The notes beneath the pieces were generated by a model that was not told the DNA's origin, searched no databases, and saw nothing but the letters and a program-made list of their open reading frames with translations. Of a stretch of DNA of 64,000 bases, positions 10,679-21,078 are shown one piece after another (the stretch's first letter is position 1; the number at the start of each line of letters is the position of its first letter). The DNA comes from Nitrosopumilaceae archaeon (GTDB taxonomy: Archaea; Thermoproteota; Nitrososphaeria; Nitrososphaerales; Nitrosopumilaceae): contig OZ242376.1 in NCBI GenBank assembly GCA_965209085.1, positions 896,001-960,000 of the forward strand. The letters run 5' to 3'. A program made the translations under genes and the position numbers.

Positions 10679-10900
10679 ATGAATATGTCAAAATATGTGG
10701 AGATTATACAAAGTAGATCCACACCGCCAAAAGGCGCAGTAATCATTTTGGCATTTGTATTCATATTTGGACTCTTTACAATGGCTTTTGATCAGGGTCA
10801 TACGTTCAGCATCATACAGGGAGCTGACGCTTTTGATTCCATGTATTTGCACGAGTTATCACACGACCTGCGTCATGCTGCAGGTTTTCCATGTCATTGA
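10679..10900 (+). CDS. cbtB: cobalt transporter subunit CbtB
   Basis: C-terminal HELSHDLRHAAGFPCH signature. Confidence 0.92.
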   Translation: MNMSKYVEIIQSRSTPPKGAVIILAFVFIFGLFTMAFDQGHTFSIIQGADAFDSMYLHELSHDLRHAAGFPCH

Positions 10901-10910
10901 GATGTAATAT

Positions 10911-11630
10911 TTGAAATTTTTGGCATTTGTGGGCGTTGTATTACTCTCTGGTATTATAGCTGGCTCAGTTCAAGGTGTGGCCAATTTTGTACTAGTGGAA
11001 CCAGTATTGGATAGGGCAATCGAGTTTGAAAACCGGGCGTTATTTGATTCTGGAGCTGAGCAGGATGATGTTGAATTCCGCATGGCGCACGATGAATATC
11101 GTTTGTGGCAAAAAGGCGGGCAGATTGTCTCTAGTGCCATTCTTGGAATGTCTGTGGGTTCGCTTTACGGACTTTTATTCGGGTATGCAAAAAAATCACT
11201 TCCAGGATCCCATACCATAAAAAAAACACTAGCTCTTGCAGCGATAATGTGGCTGATACTATTCCTTGTTCCGTTTGTAAAATACCCTGCAAATCCTCCA
11301 ACCGTTGGGGATCCTGACACCATAGATGAGAGGACCGCACTATATGTCGGATTGATTGCAGTTTCAGGACTGCTGACACTGGGATTTTATTATGTGTCGG
11401 GATTTTTGCATGGAGGGAAAAAGATTTTGATGCTAGCGGGATTTGCCTGTATTTTATGCACCATTGTAATCATGTTTCCTGAAAATCCTGATGATGTCTC
11501 AATCCCAAAAAACGTATTGTATGATTTTAGACTTGCATCTGCCATATCAATTACCATCTTTTGGATTACAATTCCGTTTGTGTTTGGAGGATTGTGGCGC
11601 AAATTTTTGCCAGATTCGGTTGAAAAATAA
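10911..11630 (+). CDS. cbtA: cobalt transporter subunit CbtA
   Basis: EP..DRAI.FE and PFVKYPANPPTVGDPDTI motifs; multiple TM helices; follows cbtB. Confidence 0.92.
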   Translation: MKFLAFVGVVLLSGIIAGSVQGVANFVLVEPVLDRAIEFENRALFDSGAEQDDVEFRMAHDEYRLWQKGGQIVSSAILGMSVGSLYGLLFGYAKKSLPGSHTIKKTLALAAIMWLILFLVPFVKYPANPPTVGDPDTIDERTALYVGLIAVSGLLTLGFYYVSGFLHGGKKILMLAGFACILCTIVIMFPENPDDVSIPKNVLYDFRLASAISITIFWITIPFVFGGLWRKFLPDSVEK

Positions 11631-11665
11631 TTTTGTTTAAATACCTACAAGCATAATATCCGCTG

Positions 11666-12010
11666 TTGAAATCTAGGGCGACATTGCCGCAGTTAAAAAA
11701 ATTTGATGTCACGCAAAAAATTCTCGAAGCGCTAGCAAATGTGGAATCTAGGGCGATAATCTTTTCCATGGTGAATAAAGCCATGACCGCATCCGATCTT
11801 TCATACGTTCTAAAAATACCGTTAAGTTCAGTTTACAAAAAATTATCAGATTTGCAAGAGCTCTCACTGGTGTACGTTGAACGAAATGTTTTGAGCGAGG
11901 ATGGCAAAAAACACAGATTTTACCGCTCGCGTATAAAAAAAGCAGAAATCACCATCAAAAAACCCGAGCCCACACTCACAATGCATCCGAATACAAATCA
12001 GGGCATCTAG
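11666..12010 (+). CDS. winged HTH (ArsR-like) transcriptional regulator
   Basis: TASDLSYVLKIPLSSVYKKLSDL helix-turn-helix. Confidence 0.85.
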   Translation: MKSRATLPQLKKFDVTQKILEALANVESRAIIFSMVNKAMTASDLSYVLKIPLSSVYKKLSDLQELSLVYVERNVLSEDGKKHRFYRSRIKKAEITIKKPEPTLTMHPNTNQGI

Positions 12011-13035
12011 GTTACTATATCATCAAGACGGTTTTCAGATTCAGCGAGTTTTATCTCTCTTGCAATTCGTCGTCCCATGCTTATTGATTCGCCGTACAAA
12101 AGGCCGTAATATGGGGAGCCGTCCATGTAGATGTTGGTTCCAGCCACAATCCTAGCTGAGAATTCAAATGCGGTAAACTTTGCATTCTCATCATATATTC
12201 CCTCTAGACAAAATGGCCCATTCATTCCAGGTTTTACTAAACTAGCGGACGCTTTTACAAACGCCTCACCCATGTTAAAGACATCCTCCAAAAGCGATTC
12301 GCGCAAAACAATGGGCGTATTCCCTATGACATTAAAGGACAAGATTTTCTCATGTTGCATTTGCATTTGTGCGGGCATTCTAGCAAGCCCTTCAATATCG
12401 GATTCATGGCGCTGATCGGCTCCAAAAAATTCCAAGCCCCCTCTTAGCGGAGAGTGAAAAAACTGCAGGTATGCTAAAACACCAGGGATGTATTCTTGTA
12501 TGTAGAGGCTTTCATTTTCAGAGATTGTGCCGTTTTTTACAAGTTGGTTTCTTTTTTTCTCATATTCGGATTCACTTGATGCAGTAAAGTATCCTTTTCC
12601 TCCGGCCGCTCCATGACGTTTGACAATTACAGAAACGTCTATCTCTGCGGGGGATTTTATTGTACGGGGAAGTTTTAAATTTGCATTGCGCATGAGCTTT
12701 TCCTTTAGATTTCTGTCTGATTCCCAACGAAGCATCATCTTGTTGCCAAAAATCGGGGTTTTAATCGACTCTATACTATCAGAGTTTAGCTGCGATACTA
12801 GCGTACCATGCGGTATTAAAACAGAATCAAGATCCCCAAGCTTGCTTTGACATTTATCATCTGTAACCTCTGCAAACGAATCAACCATAATCATTTCATC
12901 AATAAAATCAAATCTGCTGTACAGACTCTGGCGTTTTTTTTCACACACGAGCACCGTTTTAAAATCCTCGTCTTTTGCGCCTTTTAACACCTGCATGGCG
13001 CAGTGGGAACCAAGCGTCGCAATGGATGTCAACAC
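12007..13035 (-). CDS. purP: formate-dependent FAICAR synthetase PurP
   Basis: IATLGSHCA, IPHG, GGKGYF and FEFSARIVAG motifs. Confidence 0.93.
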   Translation of the reverse strand: MLTSIATLGSHCAMQVLKGAKDEDFKTVLVCEKKRQSLYSRFDFIDEMIMVDSFAEVTDDKCQSKLGDLDSVLIPHGTLVSQLNSDSIESIKTPIFGNKMMLRWESDRNLKEKLMRNANLKLPRTIKSPAEIDVSVIVKRHGAAGGKGYFTASSESEYEKKRNQLVKNGTISENESLYIQEYIPGVLAYLQFFHSPLRGGLEFFGADQRHESDIEGLARMPAQMQMQHEKILSFNVIGNTPIVLRESLLEDVFNMGEAFVKASASLVKPGMNGPFCLEGIYDENAKFTAFEFSARIVAGTNIYMDGSPYYGLLYGESISMGRRIAREIKLAESENRLDDIVT

Positions 13036-13055
13036 ATTAACCTCATGTACATGAC

Positions 13056-13265
13056 TTATGAACTATGGGCTTTGGTTACTTTGTCATACACCTCGTCAAT
13101 CAAATCTGCCGTCACTTCTGATTTTAGATCTTTTGGAAGGGCCTTTAATATGAAATCATAAACGGTAGTATTATTTGGAATACTTGTATTTTCCCGGTAT
13201 ATGGTATGGGCAGCTATGCCGTTGGCGATCAAAGCTATTGCCAATTCCCTTCTATTTAGCGCCAT
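13056..13265 (-). CDS. small hypothetical protein
   Basis: 69-aa ORF MALNRRELAIAL... co-oriented upstream of purP. Confidence 0.65.
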   Translation of the reverse strand: MALNRRELAIALIANGIAAHTIYRENTSIPNNTTVYDFILKALPKDLKSEVTADLIDEVYDKVTKAHSS

Positions 13266-13445
13266 AAAATGCCTACACATGGGCGGGTATTTTTCAGTTT
13301 ACCGTCATTTTTTGCATACAGTACTGCACATTTGGCATTTTTTGGTAAAACATGGGTGCCTCAAATGGGATAAACTGCCATAATTGCAGATTATTGTTCA
13401 CGCTCATAGGAAAATAATAAAGGAGTGTATATGTAACCGCACAGT

Positions 13446-14750
13446 ATGGCAATACAAACAGAGTTGGGCTCGCTTCGCCGTACGCATTATTCGACAGAAT
13501 TGCACGAGGCATCCGGCAAGAATGTCACCGTAATGGGTTGGATCTCAGCGGTGCGCGTACACGGCAACATTTCTTTTGTAACAATACAGGACAATAAAGG
13601 CTCCATACAGGTGGTGGCAAAGGCAGGTGCATGCCCTGATGATGTGCGAGAAAAACTCTCCTCGCTTAAACCCCATTCGACAGTGGCAATAACAGGATCT
13701 GTGGTACAATCGCCAAAGGCTCCTGGTGGCGTGGAAATTGTTCCAGAGCAATTGTGTGTTTTTTCAGAAGTTACAGTCATACCGCCGTTTGAGCCCCAGG
13801 CTAAAACTGTAAAAAACATAGACACCAGACTTGCCGTACGTGCCATAGACCTTCGGCGCAAAATACTGCAGGATATTTTTAGTGCAAGAAATGATGTGCT
13901 TAAAGCGGTAAGAGGGTATTTTTCAAATCAGGGTTTTACAGAAATTCATACGCCAAAAATTATAGCCAGTGCGACAGAAGGTGGTGCATCACTCTTTTCC
14001 ATATTTTATTATGACAAAGAGGCATATCTTGCACAGAGTCCGCAGATGTACAAAGAACAGCTGACGATGAGCTTTGAAAAAGTATTTGAAATAGCTCCCA
14101 TCTTTAGGGCTGAATCCTCTAGAACGAACAAACATCTCTCAGAGGCAATATCAGTGGACATTGAAGAGGCGTTTGTGGATTATACGGACATTATGAGCAG
14201 AGTTGGGGATATCATGCACGCTGCTGTAAAAGCTGCACTAGGCGCAAAAGAATCACTTGGTGCTGAATTTAACGTACCGGACATACCTGAATCAATTCCC
14301 CAGTATACGTATGCTGAAATTTTGGACATGATGCACAAAGTTGGAATAAAATCCGAATGGGGCGATGATCTTTATCCCTCAAATCTAAAAAAAATAAATT
14401 TGGACGGATTTTATTTTATAAAAGACTGGCCGCTTGGTCCAAAGCCGTTTTATGTAAAGGCCGGAAAGGACGGCAAAACATCCGAATCATTTGATCTAAT
14501 GTATGGCGAATTGGAGCTATCATCTGGCAGCACACGTATTGAAAAAGCAGACGAGCTTAAAGGGCGCATAGCAGACAAGGGTTTACCGGTGGATTCATTT
14601 GAATACCATCTGTCCACGTACCAATACGGCGTTCCGCCCCATGCCGGTTGCGGAATAGGTCTTGAGCGGCTCATGATGGCACTCACTGGAACTGAAAATA
14701 TACGGGATACTGCATTTTACCCCAGGGATGTGGACAGGCTTACGCCATAG
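13446..14750 (+). CDS. aspS: aspartyl-tRNA synthetase, non-discriminating archaeal type
   Basis: LAQSPQ, FRAE and GIGLERL motifs; precedes gatCAB. Confidence 0.96.
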   Translation: MAIQTELGSLRRTHYSTELHEASGKNVTVMGWISAVRVHGNISFVTIQDNKGSIQVVAKAGACPDDVREKLSSLKPHSTVAITGSVVQSPKAPGGVEIVPEQLCVFSEVTVIPPFEPQAKTVKNIDTRLAVRAIDLRRKILQDIFSARNDVLKAVRGYFSNQGFTEIHTPKIIASATEGGASLFSIFYYDKEAYLAQSPQMYKEQLTMSFEKVFEIAPIFRAESSRTNKHLSEAISVDIEEAFVDYTDIMSRVGDIMHAAVKAALGAKESLGAEFNVPDIPESIPQYTYAEILDMMHKVGIKSEWGDDLYPSNLKKINLDGFYFIKDWPLGPKPFYVKAGKDGKTSESFDLMYGELELSSGSTRIEKADELKGRIADKGLPVDSFEYHLSTYQYGVPPHAGCGIGLERLMMALTGTENIRDTAFYPRDVDRLTP

Positions 14751-14763
14751 GGAATGATGAAAA

Positions 14764-15030
14764 ATGGTCGAAAGTGAGGAGATTATGCGTGTTGCAAAGC
14801 TTATGCGTATACGCATAGATGATGAAACCGAACACATCCGTAGGGTTCAAAAAATTCTCGAATATTTTGACACACTTGATGAGGCAAACGTTGAATCCGA
14901 AGATTTGGAGCCTAGTATCACGAATGTGGAAAATCTCCGTGATGATGTATATTCAAAATTTGACGGATCCATAATCGATGAGATTAAAAACTATCAGGGC
15001 ACCCACGTACGGGCTCCAAAGATGATCTAG
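14764..15030 (+). CDS. gatC: Asp/Glu-tRNA amidotransferase subunit C
   Basis: VAKLMRI, LRDD and VRAPK motifs; position before gatA. Confidence 0.92.
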   Translation: MVESEEIMRVAKLMRIRIDDETEHIRRVQKILEYFDTLDEANVESEDLEPSITNVENLRDDVYSKFDGSIIDEIKNYQGTHVRAPKMI

Positions 15031-16479
15031 ATGAATCTACAGACCACGGTTTTAGAATACGTTGAGAATATAAAAAACAACAATATCCGATGTGAGGAGT
15101 TTATGGAGGCAACATTGGAGCGCATAAAAAAACTGGATGGCCAAATACATGCGCACATATCCGTATTTGAGGATGCAGTACTTTTAGCTAGAAAAATTGA
15201 CGCAAAGATAAAGTCCGGAGAACCGGTTGGACCCTGCTATGGAATGCCGGTGTCAATAAAGGACAATATTTGCACATTTGGTAAAAAAACAACATGCGCT
15301 TCAAAAATGCTCGACTGTTTTATCCCGCCGTACAATGCAACTGTTGTACAAAAACTGCACGATTCAGATGCAATAATGGTTGGAAAGACAAACATGGATG
15401 AATTTGGTATGGGTTCCACCACCGAATTCAGCTCATACGGACACACGTGCAATCCCTGGAATAAAGAATACGTACCTGGAGGCTCTTCGGGGGGCAGTGC
15501 TGCAGCAGTCTCATCATTGCAGTGTGTCGCCTCGCTTGGATCAGATACTGGAGGTTCGGTACGAAATCCTGCAAGCTTTTGCTCCGTTGTCGGATTCAAG
15601 CCCACATACGGGCTTGTAAGCAGGTATGGACTTGTTGCATATTCAAACAGCATAGAGCAAATCGGCCCACTGACCCGCACCGTAAAGGATGCCGCGTTTA
15701 TGATGAATCTCATATCAGGAAAGGATGAAAATGATGCAACAACTCTTGGAGGTTCAAATACTGACTATCTCTCAAAAATTGATGCAGACATTTCGGGTAA
15801 AAAAATCGGAATATTGCAACAAATGATGGGCGATGGGGTATCGCCTCATGTTGTATCTGCAACAAAAGATGCAGTAAAGAAATTTCAAGATCTTGGGGCC
15901 ATCTGTGAAAATGTCCATCTTAATACAATACCACATTCTGTGGCAGCATACTATACGATTACATCAGCTGAAGCTGCTAGCAATCTTGCCAGATATGATA
16001 ATATCCGATATGGTTTTGAAATGTCCCAATCCGGCTATAACTTTGATGCATACATATCAGAAGCAAGACGCAGACTCGGTCCGGAGGTTAAAAGACGCAT
16101 GATACTTGGAGGATTTGTCCCGTCTGCTGGATATGCTGGGAAATACTATCTAAAGGCGTTAAAGGTGAAAAACCGCCTCTCAAAAGAAATCGCAGAGGCG
16201 TTTAAAAAATTCGACATATTGATTGCGCCAACTGTCCCAGTACTTCCGTTTAAGATTGGAGAAAAGATCAACGATCCTATAGCACAGTTTCGGACTGATT
16301 CAAATACTGTACTGGCAAATCTTACCGGCAGACCTGCAATATCAATTCCGTTTGCATTCTCGGATGGACTGCCAATAGGAATTCAACTTGTGGCAGATTC
16401 TATGCAGGATTCCCAGCTTCTCCAGGCAGCATACTCGCTTGAGCGCTGTACAGATCTTCAAAAGGTGCCTGCATTATGA
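15031..16479 (+). CDS. gatA: Asp/Glu-tRNA amidotransferase subunit A
   Basis: Amidase signature GGSSGGSAA...GSDTGGSVR. Confidence 0.97.
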   Translation: MNLQTTVLEYVENIKNNNIRCEEFMEATLERIKKLDGQIHAHISVFEDAVLLARKIDAKIKSGEPVGPCYGMPVSIKDNICTFGKKTTCASKMLDCFIPPYNATVVQKLHDSDAIMVGKTNMDEFGMGSTTEFSSYGHTCNPWNKEYVPGGSSGGSAAAVSSLQCVASLGSDTGGSVRNPASFCSVVGFKPTYGLVSRYGLVAYSNSIEQIGPLTRTVKDAAFMMNLISGKDENDATTLGGSNTDYLSKIDADISGKKIGILQQMMGDGVSPHVVSATKDAVKKFQDLGAICENVHLNTIPHSVAAYYTITSAEAASNLARYDNIRYGFEMSQSGYNFDAYISEARRRLGPEVKRRMILGGFVPSAGYAGKYYLKALKVKNRLSKEIAEAFKKFDILIAPTVPVLPFKIGEKINDPIAQFRTDSNTVLANLTGRPAISIPFAFSDGLPIGIQLVADSMQDSQLLQAAYSLERCTDLQKVPAL

Positions 16480-17867
16480 TTGGGATCGAAGTGCACTGCC
16501 AGATAAACAGTCTGCAGACAAAGCTTTTCTGCAGATGCAAGGCAGATTCTAGGGGATTTGCACCAAATGAAAACATCTGTCCTATATGTACCGGACTCCC
16601 AGGCTCACTTCCACGTCTGAATCGCGGGGCTGTGGAAAAAGCCGCACTAGTGGCTATGGCATTGAATTGTAATGTGCCAAAGAGTGTTTCATTTTTTAGA
16701 AAAAATTATTTTTACCCTGATCTGCCAAAAAATTATCAAATCACACAGCTTGACGTGTATGGTAAGAGCAGTATGGGTTCTGATGGATACGTGGATACAC
16801 CTGATGGACGCATTCGCATTAAAAGAGTGCAACTAGAGGAGGATCCTGGACGTATAACATACGAGGGAGCTTCTGAAAAAACAAAAATTGCGCTAGTTGA
16901 CTATAACCGCGCAGGAATGCCGCTAGTTGAAATTGTAACAGAGCCGGATTTTGCAAGTCCTGCACACGTCAGGGATTTTTTGAACATGCTATCGAATTTA
17001 CTTGAAAATTTGCAGGTTTCTGACACTAGTATGGATGGTGCCATGAGGGCTGATGGAAACGTTTCCATAGGAAACGGACCAAAGGTCGAAATAAAGAATG
17101 TGGGATCATTTCACGATTTGGAAAAAGCATTACATTTTGAATTAACGCGGCAAAGCAGCTTTACTGATCGCGGGGTTGTCGTAGAACAGGAGACACGTCA
17201 GTGGAATGCCTCACGAAAGGCCACGGTTCCTGCCAGAAAAAAAGAGGACGAGGATGATTACAGGTATATTCCAGAAGCTGATATCCCGCATGTGCGAATA
17301 GATGAGCAGTTTTGCAAGCGACTGCGTTCGGAAATACCTGAAAGCGTTGCTGCAAAACAGGACCGATACTCATCAATGGGAATTACACGGCAGGTAGCCA
17401 AGGTGCTCTCATCTGACAGATATTGTCTTGAACTTTTTGAAAATGCACACAATGAAAAAAATTCCATAGAGGTGGCCAACCTGATTACCACAGATTTTAT
17501 GGGATTGGCAGACACCCGTGAAAAACGGTCAGTCTCTAAAATAACACCACAACACCTTTCGGATTTGGCAGATGCCATACTTGGAGGCGCAATAAGCCGA
17601 ATATCGGCAAAAGAGGCACTATCCATCATGCATGATACGGGAAAGCATCTATCGGAAATCATCTCAACGCAGAATCTTGCACGCATATCCGGATCTGATC
17701 TTGGACCGATAATAGATGAGGTTTTAGCACAAGAAGTACAGACTGTTAAAACTTTGAGCGAAAACCCTCAGGCAATAAACTATCTTGTGGGAAAGGTTAT
17801 GAAAAAAACTGGCGGCAAGGCGGATCCTGCAGCCACACTCAAACTATTGCGTGAAAAAACTTCCTAG
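16476..17867 (+). CDS. gatB: Asp/Glu-tRNA amidotransferase subunit B
   Basis: IGIEVH, RKNYFYPDLPKNYQITQ and DYNRAG motifs. Confidence 0.97.
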   Translation: MIGIEVHCQINSLQTKLFCRCKADSRGFAPNENICPICTGLPGSLPRLNRGAVEKAALVAMALNCNVPKSVSFFRKNYFYPDLPKNYQITQLDVYGKSSMGSDGYVDTPDGRIRIKRVQLEEDPGRITYEGASEKTKIALVDYNRAGMPLVEIVTEPDFASPAHVRDFLNMLSNLLENLQVSDTSMDGAMRADGNVSIGNGPKVEIKNVGSFHDLEKALHFELTRQSSFTDRGVVVEQETRQWNASRKATVPARKKEDEDDYRYIPEADIPHVRIDEQFCKRLRSEIPESVAAKQDRYSSMGITRQVAKVLSSDRYCLELFENAHNEKNSIEVANLITTDFMGLADTREKRSVSKITPQHLSDLADAILGGAISRISAKEALSIMHDTGKHLSEIISTQNLARISGSDLGPIIDEVLAQEVQTVKTLSENPQAINYLVGKVMKKTGGKADPAATLKLLREKTS

Positions 17868-18715
17868 GATGCAACGCTGTGCATTGCGGCACTAAATTCG
17901 TCAATAGCCTGCACTATGCCGTTTTTGTATTCTGGCGTAATTTCAGCAAAATCAAACAGTCCGTCATGGGATCTGTCATCATTGACACGCTCTATATCAA
18001 AGGTACACAAAAACCCCTCCTCGCCAGTTACAAGTCTGGCATCATCTATTAAAACATCAGAAGTTTTGTATATTTCCTCCAGATATCCGTCTAGCTCTTT
18101 GAAAAGATTTTGTTTTTTTAAAATCATTTCATTTACACTATCATCGTTGCCATCTTTGATCATGCCTGTAATATCGTCAGTCAGTTTGTCATTATTGTAA
18201 AATTTCTCAAATATTTTCTGCAAGTCTGCATCATCTTTGGCGGATTCTCCAAGTTTTTCAATTATGAGACTTTCGCCCATCTTTGCCACCTGCGCTTCCA
18301 CGTTTTTCGTCCGATCCATTATGCTGGATAGCTCTTTTTGGCATTCAACCACCCGGTATTCTGGTTTGTAATACAGCAATACGTGAAATTGCAGTGACAT
18401 GTGGCCAGAAATAAGATATTTTCCAATCTGTCTGCTGAATTTTACAAAAACCCTCCTGCAATCCTCGTTGTTTGTCACCATGACGTCGCGAACCGACCAT
18501 TGTTTCATTTTTCTAGTTGCCTCGCGGTAAAAACTAACCGCACCTCCGGGCTCAAATGTTGATTCTTCTGTCACACTGCTGTCTCCGAGCATTACTCTGG
18601 TTTTTTTAGAAATTAGTATTTTTTTCATAATGTTTGTATAGTCTGTTTTTATGATCTCATATGTATCATTTAATGTACATATGAAACTATCCGTATTCTT
18701 GGAACCAAGTCTCAT
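17864..18715 (-). CDS. conserved hypothetical protein
   Basis: 283-aa ORF; CTAG stop overlap with gatB. Confidence 0.75.
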   Translation of the reverse strand: MRLGSKNTDSFICTLNDTYEIIKTDYTNIMKKILISKKTRVMLGDSSVTEESTFEPGGAVSFYREATRKMKQWSVRDVMVTNNEDCRRVFVKFSRQIGKYLISGHMSLQFHVLLYYKPEYRVVECQKELSSIMDRTKNVEAQVAKMGESLIIEKLGESAKDDADLQKIFEKFYNNDKLTDDITGMIKDGNDDSVNEMILKKQNLFKELDGYLEEIYKTSDVLIDDARLVTGEEGFLCTFDIERVNDDRSHDGLFDFAEITPEYKNGIVQAIDEFSAAMHSVAS

Positions 18716-18848
18716 TTAGATTATGAACGTTTTGCATCATTTTAAACCTTGACTCACCTCTCTGGCACACAAAATTGCATGTTTTGCACATGTGGAATAT
18801 TTGTCAAATAATATGTTCTCTTAAATATGTCATAATGCGATATCGGGC

Positions 18849-18968
18849 ATGATCTTGATAAAAACTAGATACGGCACCGATGGCTCAGACATGCCCATAT
18901 GGCATGACTGCATACAATGCCATACTGAAAAAACGCGCCTTTATCACATACTTGGTTTACACGCGTGA
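18849..18968 (+). CDS. 39-aa CxxCH microprotein
   Basis: Manual translation MILIKTRYGTDGSDMPIWHDCIQCHTEKTRLYHILGLHA; TATA-like ttaaatat ~25 nt upstream; GTGA overlap with the cyclase start. Confidence 0.45.
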   Translation: MILIKTRYGTDGSDMPIWHDCIQCHTEKTRLYHILGLHA

Positions 18969-19699
18969 TTGTATTGTCCGAATCAACCCCCGAAAATAAC
19001 GAAATGCAGGAAGTGCAGACCCGCATATGGGCGTCTCTAAAAAGCGGATACAAGTACAAAGGCACTGCTGATGATTCTGAAGGATATCTTAGACCGCTAG
19101 TTGGCAAAAGACTGAATTTAACTATAATGTATGTTGATCTTGTCGGATCCACTTCGATGTCGCTTGAGATCTCACAAAGTAAATTCATCACAATAATCAG
19201 CTCATTTGTACATGAAATGGCACACGCTGTAAAAAGATATGACGGATACGTTTTAAAATTTGTAGGGGATGCTGTTTTGGCGTATTTCCCAAATGACATT
19301 GATGCAAAAAAAGGCACAAATGATTCGCTAAAATGTGCATTTTCAATGATTGAGACTATAAAATCCGGAATGAATCCGATATTAAACCAGTATGATTATC
19401 CCGATCTAAAAATAAAAATCGGCATAGATGCTGGTCAGATTATGGCAATATCATACGGTATTGGGAATAATGATTTTCCAATAGATCTTATCGGACCTCC
19501 AATGAACATTGCATCAAAAATACAGTCGCTAGCAAAACCAAACCAAGTACTCGTAGGATCTGATGTATATGAAAAATTACATCCAAACACACAGGCCAAG
19601 TTTAAAGCAGAGGTGCTATCCAACGATTGGAAATACAGATCGAGAGTTACCGGAGATGTATATGGAGTGTATGTGTATTACCCGCAAGACTCAACCTAG
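18965..19699 (+). CDS. class III adenylate/guanylate cyclase domain protein
   Basis: MYVDLVGST, LKFVGDAV, KIGIDAG and NIASKIQ motifs. Confidence 0.92.
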   Translation: MIVLSESTPENNEMQEVQTRIWASLKSGYKYKGTADDSEGYLRPLVGKRLNLTIMYVDLVGSTSMSLEISQSKFITIISSFVHEMAHAVKRYDGYVLKFVGDAVLAYFPNDIDAKKGTNDSLKCAFSMIETIKSGMNPILNQYDYPDLKIKIGIDAGQIMAISYGIGNNDFPIDLIGPPMNIASKIQSLAKPNQVLVGSDVYEKLHPNTQAKFKAEVLSNDWKYRSRVTGDVYGVYVYYPQDST

Positions 19700-19861
19700 T
19701 TAGACTGTAAATTTTTCAGGGCATTCAACGTGTTCATAGTGATGCTCTGAAATCTCTTGTTTTACTATATACATGACAATTTTGTGCAAATCTGTATCCT
19801 GTATGCACTGACCGCATCTATCACATCGTTTCAACACTACGTCTTTTTGTCTCATCATCAT
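19700..19861 (-). CDS. small Zn-finger-like protein
   Basis: Manual translation ...LKRCDRCGQCIQDTDLHKIVMYIVKQEISEHHYEHVECPEKFTV; start could be ATG 19861/19855 or GTG/TTG 19837/19834. Confidence 0.7.
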   Translation of the reverse strand: MMMRQKDVVLKRCDRCGQCIQDTDLHKIVMYIVKQEISEHHYEHVECPEKFTV

Positions 19862-20104
19862 ATCTGCGATCAAAAAAGCACCATTCTATAAGGATCAACG
19901 ATCGACTCTAGTTGATCAATACTGATCGATGATTTACCACTTGTTTATATATAAAATATCAATTATGGAGGTACGTGTCCATCTATACGGTAATTTTGAT
20001 GGGATTGGGCATGAAATTCACATCTTTTGGACTTTGTGCGTGGGAATATCCAGTTACATTTTGGAGACAGAAGGCAAAAATACCCCGAAAATACATCAAA
20101 ATTG

Positions 20105-20488
20105 ATGAATAATGATAATGCGGATTTCATGCGTACCATATGGGACATGTACTCTGCAGGTCCTAATATGCCTCAATTTCTGCGTCTGCCCCCACGTATA
20201 GCAAATCCACTTATTCCAAAACACCGCGGACATTCTGAAGGAGATCTTGTAGAGGATGCTACGGCAAGAATTGGAGGTTTCAAGGATGCCTTTGTCCATA
20301 TGGCTTATGACTTGATGGGTCCTGACGGTTATAGTCCATCATTACCCGGACAGCACGCATATACTAGAGGCGATAAATTGGAATCACTGCATTCAAAAAA
20401 CCAAATGCTGGAAAAAGAAAATATGGAATTAAAAAAACAGCTAGACGATATTAACAGAAATACTCAGGCAAAACACTCACAATCGTAA
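20105..20488 (+). CDS. hypothetical protein with C-terminal coiled coil
   Basis: ATG at 20105 inside ORF 20027-20488; heptad pattern LESLHSKNQMLEKENMELKKQLDDI. Confidence 0.6.
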   Translation: MNNDNADFMRTIWDMYSAGPNMPQFLRLPPRIANPLIPKHRGHSEGDLVEDATARIGGFKDAFVHMAYDLMGPDGYSPSLPGQHAYTRGDKLESLHSKNQMLEKENMELKKQLDDINRNTQAKHSQS

Positions 20489-20621
20489 ATTACAAATTAT
20501 AAAAGTTTTAATTATTTTCTTTACATTGCATTGTAATTTTACAGGATTGGATAAATTTCAAAATAATTATTGTACAACTTTGTGGTAAAACCTGTGGTAT
20601 TTTGTAAAACGTACAGTGAGA

Positions 20622-21035
20622 TTAACTGGGAGTAAATCCATGATATCCGCCGGTTTGTTGTGTGGCATCTTTGAATGCTGGTTCAAAAAATGACACAAGA
20701 TATCCATCAGGATCCTGTATTATGGCGTTTTTTCCAGCATCATGTTCAATCACATCACGAAGTATTGGTATGTTTTTTGACCGCATTTCTTCAATTGCCG
20801 AAGTAACATCCCCTACGGTAAATCCTATGGTGATTCCATTATCGAGAGAGCTTCCAACATGTTCTGTAGTGGATATGGCAGGGTGGAGGCTAATGAGAGC
20901 GCCGGTGGTTCCAAGATCCACCCATGTTTTACGACGGTTTTTTATCGGCAGTCCTATCACATCGTGGTAAAATTCAACGGCTTTATCCAAATCTTTTACG
21001 GCCAACATTACATTGCCAAGACGTGTTAGATGCAT
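20622..21035 (-). CDS. VOC/glyoxalase family protein
   Basis: LAVKDLDKAVEFYHDVIGL and DPDGY motifs. Confidence 0.92.
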   Translation of the reverse strand: MHLTRLGNVMLAVKDLDKAVEFYHDVIGLPIKNRRKTWVDLGTTGALISLHPAISTTEHVGSSLDNGITIGFTVGDVTSAIEEMRSKNIPILRDVIEHDAGKNAIIQDPDGYLVSFFEPAFKDATQQTGGYHGFTPS

Positions 21036-21078
21036 ATTCTCATCAATCTACACATGGAATTAAATTTAACGGATGATC

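Noticed and set aside
19965-20105. 46-aa ORF with TGATG coupling to the 20105 gene
   Set aside because: Its ATG lies too close to the TATA box to be inside the transcript, and it has no motif support.
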